Of a stretch of 64,000 nucleotides of DNA, positions 49,496 to 62,990 are shown one piece after another. This stretch comes from Malacoraja senta. Lineage: Eukaryota. Location of the stretch: positions 4,342,001 to 4,406,000 of the forward strand of contig CM075990.1 in the NCBI GenBank assembly GCA_038087875.1. The letters run 5' to 3'. Positions within the stretch are counted from its first letter, which is position 1. Every line of letters begins with the position of its first letter. The notes beneath the pieces were generated by a model that saw nothing but the letters and a program-made list of their open reading frames with translations, ran no database searches and was not told the DNA's origin. Made by a program: the position numbers and the translations under genes.

Positions 49496-51432
49496 AATGG
49501 ATATACTTGGTGTGTGAGTGGAGCTGCGTACTTTATTTTTTATGTCTTCACTTATCTTTCATACTCTATCTTATCTACCTCTGCCTGTTGAATTTAGGTC
49601 TATAACCCCTTGGATATAAGTCCTGCCAGGGATAAGGTAGGGTACCTTTCCTCTCAGCTGTTTGTGATGTCCCTTAATAGGATTCAAAAAATGGACATTA
49701 ATGTGTTAATTGGGATGTATTTGTCCTGTGTCTGATGTGACACATTTCCAGATACTGTTGAGAACAATCTCCCTGCAGTAGTCGGTAAATCCACCCTGTC
49801 AATTTTCCAAACCCTTACTTGTACATACAGGCTGTGCAGAAGACAGGCATCCGTAAACTGAGATGACGTATACTTTTGTTGAGGGATTTCAATTGCTGGC
49901 AGAACCAACTTGGCTAACCTGCCTTTATAGTCAAATTCAGCTGCTGTTTTGTGTACATTTTGCCTTCCTGTAGAAAATGTAGTGAGATCTATATCGGCTA
50001 TTGCTTCCTAGTTACTTAATTAGAGGTGTTGGAGAGGAAATGCTCAGATGCAACTATCATGTACAGACCATGAAAGAACTTAATTGGTACATGTGACAAT
50101 ACACTGACCTTGAAACCTTGAACTTTGGCGATTAAGAGTCCATTTGCAGTTTAGGATCCTCAATGAGTCTTCAAAACCTGGGCAAAGAAATTATAACTAG
50201 ATCAGTATCAACAATTAATGACAAGCCCAAACTCGATTAGTAATTTTATGCGATATTCGGTTCCTGTTTTGTTGTTATGGCATTACTCCAGTAGTGAAAT
50301 ATGAACTTTTCTTGATAGTTCTTGAACATAACACATGATAGTTTGATTATGTTATCTCCATATATAATCTCGCAATGCAGATTTTGTTTTGTCTGGCTCA
50401 CGGAAGAATCCATACAATTCATGCAGTGTGCAAAAAAGTCTGAAGAAGGGGCTTGAAACGCCATCTCTCCGTTCCCTCCTCAGATGCTGCCTGACCTGCT
50501 GAGTTCCTCCAGCTCGTTGTTTTGCTGTACACAAATTAGTTGCAGCAGCATAAACTGTACAAAATGGTTAAAGCTCCTGCTAGAGTCTAATACCTTGATT
50601 AATTACTGCCACTTTACCCCTTTCCTTTTCACTAATATTTTGGAGTATTTAGAGTTGAACAAATTTATTGATTGATTCAGAGGTGCAGGTTAGATTGCAT
50701 TCATAACTTTATTCAATTGCCGATGTACAGCAATTGATGTCTGTTTTCGAGATTCAGCGAAATATTTAAATGAGCAAATAACAAAACTTCACAGAAATAT
50801 AACATGGCACTTTTACTTTCCCAACAATCCTTTACCTCTGGTCTCTTGCCCCAGACACACACACTCCTACCACAGTCCCTTGGTAATTTTGGATGTATAT
50901 TCGAAGAGAATTAGTTTGCTTTCTTGCTCCTTTTAACTTCCTGTTAATCAGCAAACATCAAAACCTCATTACAAAAGAGTTCATTTGACCCATCATCTCA
51001 ATCTTGGCTCTTTGCTGAATCAATTGAAAATCAGTTGCAGCCCTGTTCTCTCCTAGTAACCCTTTCTACCAGCTATTCTAATATGGTCCAATGGTCGCTG
51101 CCTCATATACTCTGTTCCAAACTAGTGCTATTTTACTTATCATGTTTTTTTAACCACTCCCTACACTCAGTGAAACATTTTAAGTGTTATATTTGTTTGA
51201 ACTTCTTGGCAGGAGGAGAAAGCAATCTATTAGAGGAAGTGTGTTTGCATGGATTGAAAACTGGCTGTCACATAGAAAACAGAGTTGGACTGTGTAGGCT
51301 AACCTGCCTTTATAGTCAAATTCAGTTGCTGTTTTGTGTATACTTTGGTTCTTATTCAGAGGTCTATTCTGTCTGAAGAGAAAATGTGATCAGTAATATG
51401 GGAATTTGGTATTCGTTTTTGTGACTGGTGGT

Positions 51433-52197
51433 CTTTACTTTAGAGATACAGCACAGAAACAGGCCCTTCGGCCCACTGAGTCTGCGCCAACCAGTGATCA
51501 CACAGTACACTAACACTATCCTAGACACTAGGGACAGTTTACAACTATTATCAAAGCCAATTAACCTTCAAACCTGCACGTCTTTGGCATATGGGAGGAA
51601 ACCGCTGTTGCGGACAGGAAGGCACTACAACGGGTGGTGAAAACCGCGCAGCACATCATCGGTGCCCCGCTCCCTGCCATGGATTCCCTCCACCGAAAAC
51701 GGTGTCTGAAACGGGCTGGGAAGATCATTAAAGACCCCTCCCACCCCAATCATGGACTGTTTGCCCTCCTCCCATCAGGGAGGCGGTACAGGAGCCTCCG
51801 GTCTCGTACCAGTAGGATGAGGAACAGCTTCTACAATTATACCGTCGCATTGCTGAACTCGGAGTCCCGCCGATAGATTCCTCCGGTCCCTCCGTCCCCA
51901 TTGTTAATTATTCTGTATTTTTGATTATTCTGTATCCTCTTTTTTTTTAAATTTCTATATTGCACTACTACTACGGACTGACGCAAAACTGCATTTCGTT
52001 GTACCCATACTCAGTATTTGTGCAATGACATTAAAGTTGAATTGAATTGAATTGAATTGAATTGAAACCGGAGCATCTGGCGAAAACCCACGCGGTCACG
52101 GGGAGAATGTACAAACTCCATAAATACAGCACCCGCAGTCTGGATCGAACCCGGCTGCTGTAAGGCTGTAGCTCTACCACTACGCCATTGTGCTGCC
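51433..52197 (-). mobile_element. HE1-like SINE with nested + strand Rex1 3' fragment (51605-52063)
   Basis: TSD GAAACCG at 51598-51604 and 52064-52070; LLPSGRRYRSL motif; (TTGAA)n tail. Confidence 0.85.
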
Positions 52198-53199
52198 CTC
52201 GTCCTGGGATAGAAAAATGTAAATATAAGAGCATATTATTCTGTTGTTGTTGAATGTGCCGTAAACTCTGCACATGCCACTTACATGATTTGTATTGAAA
52301 GACTGAACTTGCTAAAAGTTAAGTCCAATTCTGAATGCCAAGGAACTGCATGGCACCAGGACGTTGCTCACATAACTGCTGTCACTTGGATGGCTAGAAC
52401 AAGCCCTGCCCATAAAAGACCGAGTAAACCTTTTCACAGAGGATATAATAAGCCTTCAACTTTGCCATTTGTCTGAGCTGTCAAGTTTGTCCTTCAATGT
52501 TACCAAATGTATTTCAAATCTAGCAAAATTTAAAAACTTTAAAAAAAAATAATGTATTGCTTCAAAAATCACTTCTAAACACCTTTAAATAAAATTAGTT
52601 CCAATGGACTCAAATAATCAAGCAATGGTGTTGTACAGCTCAGGCAAATCTTTTCTGCCTTTATCGCAATTACCTTTCGAGGAGACAGTTTTATGGTGCT
52701 GAATATTCTGATACCCAAATCCAAGTGATCTTTCATACAAAACCTTCCTAGTGTGTTTTTGATTATTTAATGGGACTCTCACACAGTTCCAGCAGAAATG
52801 ACTGAAAGGTGATCAGATATCCTTGGTTTTTCACCCAATCTCATAAAGCTGAGGAAACTGAGGTAGAGAAAATAGGATTTGACAAAACTGCTCGAGTTGA
52901 AGAGTGAACAGCAACGTGTTTATATGGTGTCTTCAATTTAGATAAGTGGTTCATGAGCAGGTAATCAAAAGAAAGGTGCCAATACTCCAGGAGATATTGT
53001 GAGAAGTGATTATAAGCTTGGCTAAATACACGTCCAATTGAAATACAGAAAAGGGAGGTGGAGTGGCAGATATATTTAGTCATGGGGTCGAAATTGTATA
53101 GCAGAGAAATGATATACATGCCAACCGTGAATACTAATCTTATTTGTTCATATTAGATCTGTATGGTTCTGTGCCTTGCCTAGTCAAGTGCGTGGCTAA

Positions 53200-53770
53200 A
53201 TGTCTCAACTGTACAAATTGTATCTGATTCCTCCTCCACTTTCTGGTAAAGAGATCCTGATATGAGCCATGCTCTAAAATATACTTCCCCTCAAATCCCT
53301 TTCAAACTCGCCTGCTTTAAACACTTGTTTTTGACACTCCCAACAAAGGGTAGATAGCCAGAATCTTTTTCCTGTCTATGCTTCCTATAATTTTATATAT
53401 CTCTATTAGGTCATCCCTCAGCCTCCTTTGCTTCAGGGAAAACCAGCCAGCTCAATCCAGTCTCTCCCAAAAACTAAAGTCCTCTAATCCAGGCTGCATC
53501 TTGTTGAATCTCATCCACGCTGTCGATAACACAACAGCATCCTTCCTACAGTGTGGTGACCAGAAATGCACACAATACTTCAAAAATGATCTAACCAGTG
53601 TTTTATTAAGTTGCACGTAATGACCCAACTTGTATATCTGCTGCCCTGACATGAGGGCAAGTATGCCATTTGCCCCCTTCACCACCCAATCTATCTCTGT
53701 TAACACTTTTGGGGAACTGTGGACTTGAGGTCCCTCTGTACATCGACATACTTGAGATCCCTACCATTTA
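53200..53770 (-). mobile_element. Old CR1 fragment
   Basis: LVRSFLKYCVHFWSPHCRKD. Confidence 0.7.
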
Positions 53771-56271
53771 TAGGAACATTTTAGATCATTGGCTTGCCAT
53801 GCCTTTCAATCACCTTGCATTTGATGAAAAGGCGTGCTCTGAATAGTTTTCTTCTTTGGGATAAATACAGTGCTTTCAAGAAATGTGTGGCTTAGCCTTC
53901 ATTGAATGTGTTGAGCTGCGGCGGAAGTGTGTGATTATTTTGTGTGTTGAGTGACAATACAAATTACTATGATACTCGTTCTATAAATATTTCTGACATT
54001 TTAAAAATAATTAGTCATCAAATTACCAAGTAGGAAGTAACTGACATCTGGGAACTGAAATAGGTATTTGTTGGTGTAGCAAAAGATACTAGTACCTATT
54101 TACTACCTCTCCTCTTTATTCTTATAATACTAATTGCCAAGCCATTACTCAAGAGAAGAATTTGCACTTCCAAATGCTAACAAACATGAAGTGAGATTTG
54201 ATTCTCTTCCAACATTTCTTTCCTGAGTTCTGACTGGTAATTTAAATGCGATGCTGAATGAAGGAATTAATTTGCAGTATCTCCTCAATTTGCAAAAGCA
54301 ATGGTTTCCTGGATTTTTTTTTTTAGCTAAAAATGTTGTGACTTGAAAAGACTGGGTATTGTTGACATTCTGATATAACAGAGTAGCATACCATTGGGTG
54401 CAGAGAAAAATAGTGTGTAAATCAAAGATACATGTTGCAAAGAATGAATTATGCTGTACTAAAAATGCATATAAATAGAACATTTGTAAATACTAAGCAT
54501 TTATATGCATCTGGAGGAAAATAAATAAATATCTTTGAACATGACTTCTGCTATCTGTCATCCTAAAGTGGCTCAGATTCTCACATTGGTCAGGCATTTC
54601 ATTGATTGTTTCTTGAAGAGAAGGAAATGTTCTAATGGTGTAAGCTGGCCCAAAAGAGAGTGTATTTGAGTTTCTAGACAGCTCTAAATGCAACAGCATC
54701 CATTTTGATTGTTTTGGCGCGATGCAGGATTCCTAACAAAATCCAAGGATGGTTGAGGATATGACCGCTAGGTTCATGGATCACACTGCACAACCCTACC
54801 TCGGCACTAAACTACTGTACATCTTGTATAAGGTTGCACTACATACTTCAGCTTGCACTGTTATGGTCTGGGTAACAAATATAACGGATCATTTATTGTA
54901 TATTTATTTGTTGTGTTGCATAATTTGCTTGTAAAGCTGTAGATAACAAGTACATGATAATTAAACAGTGTTGATTCTTACAGTGCCTTATCAAATGCCT
55001 TTCATAATCCACTGTTTTTTGCATCATCTAGATTAGATTAGATTTTATTCTTGTCATTTGAACCTCAAAGAGGCTCAAACGAAACTCCGTTTCCTACTTT
55101 GCTACTTTAATCTACTTTGCTACGAACAGGCTCATAAAACCATTGAATATGTCAGGTTTTTATCAACAATATATTTAATACTTTCTCTTCAACATTGTCA
55201 TTGAAAAAAAAAAGTGATTCTATATTATTAGATCTTTAATTCTCATCTTTATTATCCCATAATTATTTTAGTAACTTTGCCGTACCCTTGCTTTATTTCT
55301 TTGCTTCATTCTCTTTCAATGTCAGGAGTTTGAAAAGCATTCTCACTGCTTCTCCGCCATGTGTTTGTGTCTCTTTGCTGCTCGCTATTTCCACCCATAT
55401 TAAATCTGCAACCATTTCTTCAGGGCAAATGTCATCCTTTTCATAGCAAATTATTGGTCTTGCCTAATTAATCAATGAGACTGTTTTACAGTGTAAGTGT
55501 TGCAGTGGAATTTGTCCCATAATACGGTTCAAGTTCTATGCTCCCTTGCTATCAGAATTAAATTTAGCTCTGTGGAAAATGTTACATAAAATTCACATTA
55601 AAGAAATAGATTATTAAACTCTCTATTGTACAGTATGTGGATGCTTCTCATGAGGTTTTCACCTGTCACCTTCATCAAAACCTCTTATCCCTTAAATCTT
55701 ATGAGTGTTTTCTTCTCTACTGTGTCCGTGCTTGTTATCCCAAGCACTTGTCACTGTGGGAGCAATGTCAAGAGTCTAGTCAGGAGTGTTTAATTATTAT
55801 ATGCACTGGGACCGAACAGTGACATTCTTGCTGCAGTTTTATAGGCACATTAAACACAACTATTAAGTATACAATATATTATCAGTCATTAGGTAAACAG
55901 GACCATAATAGTGCACACCAAAGTATATAATTAAACTTTATACAAAGTTCATAGGAGTTCATGCAGTCTTGTGGTTCGGGTTGTTCTGAGTGGTTGAAGT
56001 GCCTAATGTTCACATTTGAATCAGTTTCCAGGTAAGGCAGTCTCTTCAGAATTCTGCTTTGGATTGTTTGGTAAGTTTTCCCCATTTATAATTTCTTGCG
56101 CAAGTTCCTTCTTTACGTAAAAATATATTTGGATATATGTTGGATATTCTATATTACAAGATATTGAAGAAGTCATTCTTCGGTATATTTGTTTCTGGCG
56201 CACAAGTATTGTTAAATGGGAGATATAACCTCTCAGTTTTAATAATTATTAACATTTAAAATTTTGAAACG

Positions 56272-57278
56272 CTAATAGAAAATAGGTGCAGGAGTAGGCC
56301 ATTCGGCCCTTCGAGCCAGCAACGCCATTCAATGTGATCGTGGCTGATCATCCCCAATCAGTACCCCGTTCCTGCCTTCTCCCCATATCCCCTGACTCCG
56401 CTATCTTTAAGAGCCCTGTCTAGCTCTCTCTTGAAAGTATCCAGAGAACCGGCCTCCACTGCCCTCTGAGGCAGAGAATTCCACATACTCACAATTCTCT
56501 GTGTGAAAAAGCGTTTCCTCATCTCCGTTCTAAATGGCTTACCCCTTATTCTTAAAAAGACTCCCCCAACATTGGGAACATGTTTCCTGCCTCTAGCATG
56601 CCCAAACCCTTAATAATCTTATATGTTACGATAAGATACCCTCTCATCCTTCTAAGCTCCAAAGTGTACAAGCCCAGCTGCTCCATTCTCTCAGCATATG
56701 ACAGTCCTGTCATCCTGGGAATTAACCTTGTAAATCTACTCTGCACTCCCTCAATAGCAATAATATCCTTCCTCAAATTAGGGGACCAAAACTGCACACA
56801 ATAATCCAGGTGTGATCTCACTAGGGCCCTGTACAACTGCAGAAGGACCTCTTTGCTCCTAGACTCAACTCCTCTTGTTATGAAGGCCAACATGCCATTC
56901 GCTTTCTTCACTGCCTGCTGTTACCTGCATGCTTACTTTCATTGACTGATGAACAAGGACCCCCCCAGATCCCGCTGTACTTCCCCTTTTCCCAACTTGA
57001 CACCATTTAGATAATAATCTTCCTTCTTGTTTTTGCTACCAAAGTGGATAACCTCACATTTATCCACATTAAACTGCATCTGCCATGCATCTGCCCATTC
57101 ACCCAACCTGTCCAAGTCACCCTGCATTCTCATAGCATCCTCCTCACAGTTCACACTGCCACCCAGTTTTGTGTCATCTGCAAATTTGCTAATGTTACTT
57201 CGAATCCCTTCATCTAAATCATTGATGTATATTGTAAATAGCTGAGGTCCCAGCACCGAGCCTAGCAGTACCCCACTG
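56272..57278 (-). mobile_element. CR1/HER1 LINE 3' fragment
   Basis: GSVLGPQLF, FADDTKLGG, HLDYCVQFWSP; frameshift; tail aataggtgcaggagtaggcc. Confidence 0.9.
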
Positions 57279-59480
57279 ACTTTGCCTTCACCTATGACTT
57301 TATATCCTTTCATAACATGGACACTAGAACTGCTCGTAGCACACAGATTTGTTTAGACATCTGGGGGTTGTGCACAATGTCCTGTAAATACTTGCAAATT
57401 TACAATTTTAAGGCTGAATATAAAAACTATTGATCCAGTCTATAAATGATGCATGTGTTGGTTTGAAATAGTTTGCCTGTCTGGCAAAGAGAGGGACTGG
57501 TCATCAGCATTTGTTGTCATTTGATATCCCTTCAGTTTCAGATTGCCCTGCTTCCCAAGGTTTAGTATTTGCTGGAGCTTTATCATGCTGAATCTGGTGG
57601 GAATTTTATTTTCATAAATGAAGTGAAGACAGCAAGAAGGTCACCTTCAATTCATGTTAGATTTCCTGCTGAATTTGGTGTTTATAAAACTGTGAGCTGT
57701 GATGCCAGATTACAGTTGACTATTGCTGTAGAATGTACTGATCGTTCATTGGTGATGGGTTGGGTTTGGGGAGTGGGGGGGAGGGATTACTACAAAGTGA
57801 GACCACAGGATGTGTGGTCTGCTGTGGTGTTCACAGAAACATGTTTTCTTTTGTTTCTTGGTGTCATCTATTTTGGGTTATTAGACAACATTAAATACAG
57901 GCAACCCCGTAAGTTACAGCAGTTCGGGTAACCAAAACTTGCCCTGACACAATTCACAAACCAAAATATCTGGCTGCAGAATGAAAATCCACTCTCATAT
58001 AAATAAAAGTATAAATAATATACTTTTCTCCAACTTTCGTTTCTTAATATGGGTAGATGACGCAGCTTTGCATCCCAAAATATTACGATTGGGACAGTTT
58101 TCTAAGAATATAACGCCCCAGCCCCCCCCCCCCCTCCCGTAACATGGAGGTCATCTTAGTCTTGCTTTCACATTTATCATACATTCAAATTAATTCAATT
58201 CTTTGATCCCACTCTTAATCTCAGCATTAACTGGGATAATTGTTGCAATTTAAACTGCAATGTGTGGAAGATTTATTTTGTAGGGCAAATTGACTTTAAT
58301 CAATCTTCTAAAATCCTAATGTTTAATAATTATGTAAATAAAAAGAGATATAACCCAATTTTCTCTGTTAACTTTATTTAATCAGTTGACTTGTTTTGTA
58401 AATTTGGGCAGAAGGTTCTGGTATGTTCTGGAGAGTCATATCAAGTTTGGAAACCTTTTCTGAAGTGTATTTCTGGGCCATTAATTGTATGCAGAAATGT
58501 ATTTTGTCTTTTTAGTTAGTAACTGGTACTGAGAATTGGGTGAATTGAAAGTTGCTCGTCCATGATAGAGTGGATAGTGTTAATTTTTTTTTTTGAAGAT
58601 GTTTGGAAACACTCATGATGTTTACACTTGGGAACTCCATGATGTAAAAAATATATTGATTTGTACATTTGTGTCAATAGAACTATCTCCTTTGATAACC
58701 AAGTGCACATTGATGGGTGTTAATGTACTTAAATGTCTGTCGAAAAGGAATAAGATCAGGAGACTGAAGTGCTGGATGGAAAACAAGGCTGCAGATCAGC
58801 AGTAGAATGGAACATAATACAGATCTGGCTTATCAGAAATGTTTCGGATCACGACCCTTCTTCAAACTCTGAAACGTCACCCATTCCTTCTCTCCAGAGA
58901 TGCTGCCTGTCCCGCTGAGTTACTCCAGCATTTTGTGTCTAATGTTGTGTACATCCTTGGCCACTATGTCTCGAGTGTAATTCACTTGCTGCCATTGTTT
59001 ATGTTGTGTCTTAACAATAAAAAGATACTGATGGAGGGATCTAGGTTGCTAGTTGAAAGATATAATGCTATGGGTGTTGATGTATAGTGGACCTAGTTAC
59101 AGTGGATAGTCGACACAAGCAAATGCAAAAGCTGGAATCTTGAGCAAGTTTCATTCTTTTTCAGTTGATGTGGGTATAAGATACAAATGAGTACTTTTCA
59201 GAAGGCAGCTGAGAATTGCTTTGCATATTAAGTCACGTACACTACATCAAACAAGTAGATCAAATGAAGACAATCGTTTATTCAATAAAAGAATAAAAAA
59301 TATAAACAAAATCGAAAACTGCAAAATCTCTTCACTCATTCTCAAAATCACCTCACACTATATGGCATTCAATAGTGTCATATTCAGTAGTGTTTGCACC
59401 TATCTTTAAACAAAGCACCCTTGCCACTCGTGGCCCTCTGGGGTGATATCCCCAGATTTTTAGATCCCCGGTTTTTACTC

Positions 59481-60467
59481 CAGGAGCACTGTTCAGGCAG
59501 CAGCCATGCGTCAGTTTTTTAAACTTTAAAAAAAAATTTTGTATGTTTTAAAATGTGTATTTAATGTTTCTTTGGGTGTCTTGTGTGGGTGGTGGTGTGG
59601 GGGGGGGGGTAAGGGGGAAACCGCTTCGGTCGCCTCCTCCATGGAGAGGCGACTTTTTCCAGGTCGCCTCCCCCGTGGCCTAACATCAAGGATCGGCGCG
59701 GCCTTTCCCGGAGACGTGCCCGGCGCGGCCTTTCCCGGAGACGTGCCCGGGGCTTCAGCGGCGGGTGCAGTGTGGACTCTCGGCGTGGAGCGGGTGAACC
59801 CTCGCTGGAGGGGAGCGCTCCGTTTCGCTGGCCCGGGGCAGCCGGCAGCCTGAAGTCGCAGCCTGAAGCCGCGGTCTGCAGAGCTCCAGCTGGTGCGGCG
59901 TCTACAGCCCGGGATCCCTCGTGGGGGACCCGGGGGAAGAAGAAGCCATCATTGCTGGCCCGCGGCCAACTTCTACTGCGGGGCCGGCATGGACTTACCA
60001 TCACCCCTGGAGGGGAGGTTCGACCGCCGGCCCTGCAGTCTACGGTGCTTCTGGCTGCGGCGGGGACTTTAAATCTTGACCGCCGGCCTGCGGCCTACAA
60101 CAATCTAAAGCCGCGGTCTCCGGTGAGGAAGAGCCGATCCTGGACTGACTTGGACTCTGGTCCTGTCCACGGGGTGAAATGGAGGAGGACTGGCCAAATT
60201 TTTGTGCCTTCCACCACAGTGATGAATGCTGTGGTGGATGTTTGTGTTACATTTTGTGTGTTCTTTATTATTGTATCGCTGCTGACAACCCAATCCTTGC
60301 CGGGTCACTGCTCGTGCGGTCGACCGGTCGGTGCAGAGAGTAGCTTTGAATGTTTGTCTTTCCGTTACGTTGTTTGTATCCCTTTTTTTTTAAAAAGCTA
60401 CTGTAATGCGCCCTTTTAAATTGCCCCTTGGGGATGAATAAAGTGCTTGATTGATTGATTGATTGAT
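59481..60467 (+). mobile_element. GC-rich non-autonomous retroelement, family C, with second tail module
   Basis: T-tract, G-tract, GGGGGAAAC, hairpin 59643-59673, 27 bp tandem repeat (59695-59748), ends ccccttggggatgaataaag + (GATT)n. Confidence 0.65.
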
Positions 60468-61894
60468 CCCTTTCCTTGTTTGAGTGGTGTCCCCACCGGA
60501 CTCTGCCCCTCAATGTTCAGCGGTGGTTGGAGCCTAGACTCTGATCCTCCCCACAGACCCTTGGTGTTGACTCCACCATGGTTCAGTGGGTCCCTCAGCA
60601 TGTACTCCTGCAGTCTGGAATGGATTAGTTGAGAGACCACCAAGTTTCGAGAGAGTCTTTAACCAAGTTGATAATCTTCCAGCAGCATTTGATGTCTATC
60701 TCAATTTGTCCCCGGGAACAGACCGTAAATCAGAGAGTCTTCTGTTTACAGTGTTGTTCGGGATGAACCGTGACAAGGACCCTTGCATTATTCTCCAGAC
60801 CCTCTTCACAGATCCTCGTTCTATGAAGAGATGGGAAAACGTTCCGTAGCAGGGAATTGATAACAATCAAAGTGGTGAAGGTGTGTGGATCGTATGTAAG
60901 TGGGAAAACACTAGAGCCAGTGAGAAGGATGAATTTAAGGGAGGAAGAAATGGGTTTAGTGAGGCAAGAGCAGCCTCTATGGGGAGTTCAAAAGTCAAAA
61001 TGGGTCAGTGTCAAATCAGCAATGAGCATCAAATAGCTGTGGAGAGAGTGAAGGTCAGAGGTTGTTCTCCGGAGATGCTGGCTGACCTGCTGAGTTACTC
61101 CAGCACTTTGTGTCCTTTTGTGTATTAACCAGCATCTGCAGTTCTTTGTTTCTACTTTTCTTTACACAATGGGGAAATGTAACCATGATATTTTCCCTCT
61201 ACTGGACACACCCCCTCAGGTAAAAGAGGACCAGGCCGGCTTGCTTCATTAATGGGATGAGAATCTTTTTAAAATAAAGAGAAAATCTGCTCTTTTAAGA
61301 AAGCCTGTGAGCCATCCACCAAACTATTCCGTTCCACCTGTTTAATTTGAGCACTGATCTCAACTCTTTTTCTCACCTATAGTATTGTACATTTCTGAAG
61401 TTTCAAATAACTGCCCAGCTCCTATAGAAAGCGCAACTGATTGCCTCGACTATCCCCTGCATCAAATAGTCTATGTTCTTAAAAACGTTTGTGTAAAGTG
61501 TCCCAATTACTTTAACTGCTCTATCTTAGTGAGTTCTAGCTCACTTTGTACCAAAGATGATCTTTGATCTTTGCTTTGTACTGTATCCTTTTCCTGGAGT
61601 GACAGGTTACCTCGACTGTCATATGGATTTGTACATGAATGAAAAGCTTGTTTTCCAGCTTTACTCTATGGCTTTATATTCCAAACACATGTAAATATTA
61701 AGATGAGTGCTGTTGGTCCAAGTAATTAGGTCATGGTGTGTCAGGAGTCTGGACTAAAAAGTCCTAGATTTGAAACACATCCATCAAACCCAGATGAACA
61801 AACTTAAAGAAAAATTGGAGTCAATACTAAAAAGTAGACACAAAATGCTGGAGTAACTCAGCGAGACAGGCAGCACCTCTGGAGAGAAGGAATG

Positions 61895-61928
61895 GGTGAC
61901 GTTTCGGATTGAGACCCTTCTTCAGACT
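61895..61928 (-). ncRNA. Minimal type I hammerhead ribozyme, best-preserved copy
   Basis: Minus strand AGT-CTGAAGA-A-GGGT-CTCA-ATCC-GAAA-CGTC-ACC: full core, 4 bp stem II, palindromic ACGT helix III, GUC triplet; element 61834-61930 bounded by ATACTAAAAA (61824-61833, 61931-61940). Confidence 0.7.
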
Positions 61929-62599
61929 CCATACTAAAAAATCGGTTGCAAACTGCTTTGAGTGAAACTGCTGTTTGGTGCATTCAGTAATGTGAGCAGT
62001 CCTAGAAAAGAGCTACCCCAATTTATAAATAGATTTTATTGGACATTAATTGCATTGGGGTAGTCAGTATGACTTCTTAACCCTGCATTGCTAAAATGGA
62101 GTCTAATTTACATCAGATTTTAACAAAGGGGAAATCAGTACATTGAAAATACAATTTCCATTAAATGCGATGATTCAACTTCAAAAAGAGAAAAGAACAT
62201 GACAGAATATAGTCTAATGTATATTCTGTTGAGCCAGGGTAATGGGGAATTGGCAGAACCTTAATATAACCGACACATGAGCTTATGTTTGACATTTGGT
62301 GTGTGGACCAATTTCAAAGTTAGTTTTAGGTGGTAGGGAGAAGGAGGGGTATAGAGAACAAAAGGAATGTCTGTAATAGGGTGGAGACCAAGAGGCTAAA
62401 TGAGACAAATCATGAGAGTAGTGTTGGTTGAGAGAGGATCGTGAAGGCTTGTTTATCAAAGTTGGTCTGTATGGAGGCGACGGAGGTGGAAAGTGGTGGA
62501 TCAGAACAAAGAATAGAAAACAAAACCAAGGCTAATATTGTGAATACCAAACACTGCTGTTTCTGGAAATCTGAAATAAAAGAAAAAAGATCACCTGGC

Positions 62600-62990
62600 T
62601 GCCAATCCATCGTTCACTCTTCCAACTCCACAATCACTTCCATTTTTTTGCTCCCTACAACTGCAGAAGGTGTAATACTTGTTCTTTTTACCTTTTCTCC
62701 TCGCACCATTAACAACCCAAGGAGAAGCACTACCTTCAGTTTAGTGTACTACAAACTCACAATATCATCTCTAGATTGGAAGAAAATGCATGCAGATTAG
62801 GTGACTGCTTTGCAAAATACATTCATTTGGTCCACAAAGATAACGTTGAGCTTCTAGCTACATATCTGTACCATTCTCCATCTCATTCCTGTTTTGTGCT
62901 CTCTCTTTGGCCTGGTACTGTTCAAGCAATTCCCAACATTAGGTCGATGAAAGCGTCTGATTTTTCAAATAGCCGCATAACCGTTTTAAG
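62600..62990 (+). mobile_element. Decayed Penelope GIY-YIG fragment
   Basis: CRLGDCFAKYIHLV...YHSPSHS resembles the PLE endonuclease RLGDRFAEH...HFNSPSH segment. Confidence 0.5.

Noticed and set aside
59561..60419. 147-215 aa ORFs in GC-rich segments (also 20276-20784, 27146-27800, 43740-44311)
   Set aside because: Low-stop GC-rich repeat sequence, overlapping on both strands, no recognisable domain, not conserved between related elements.
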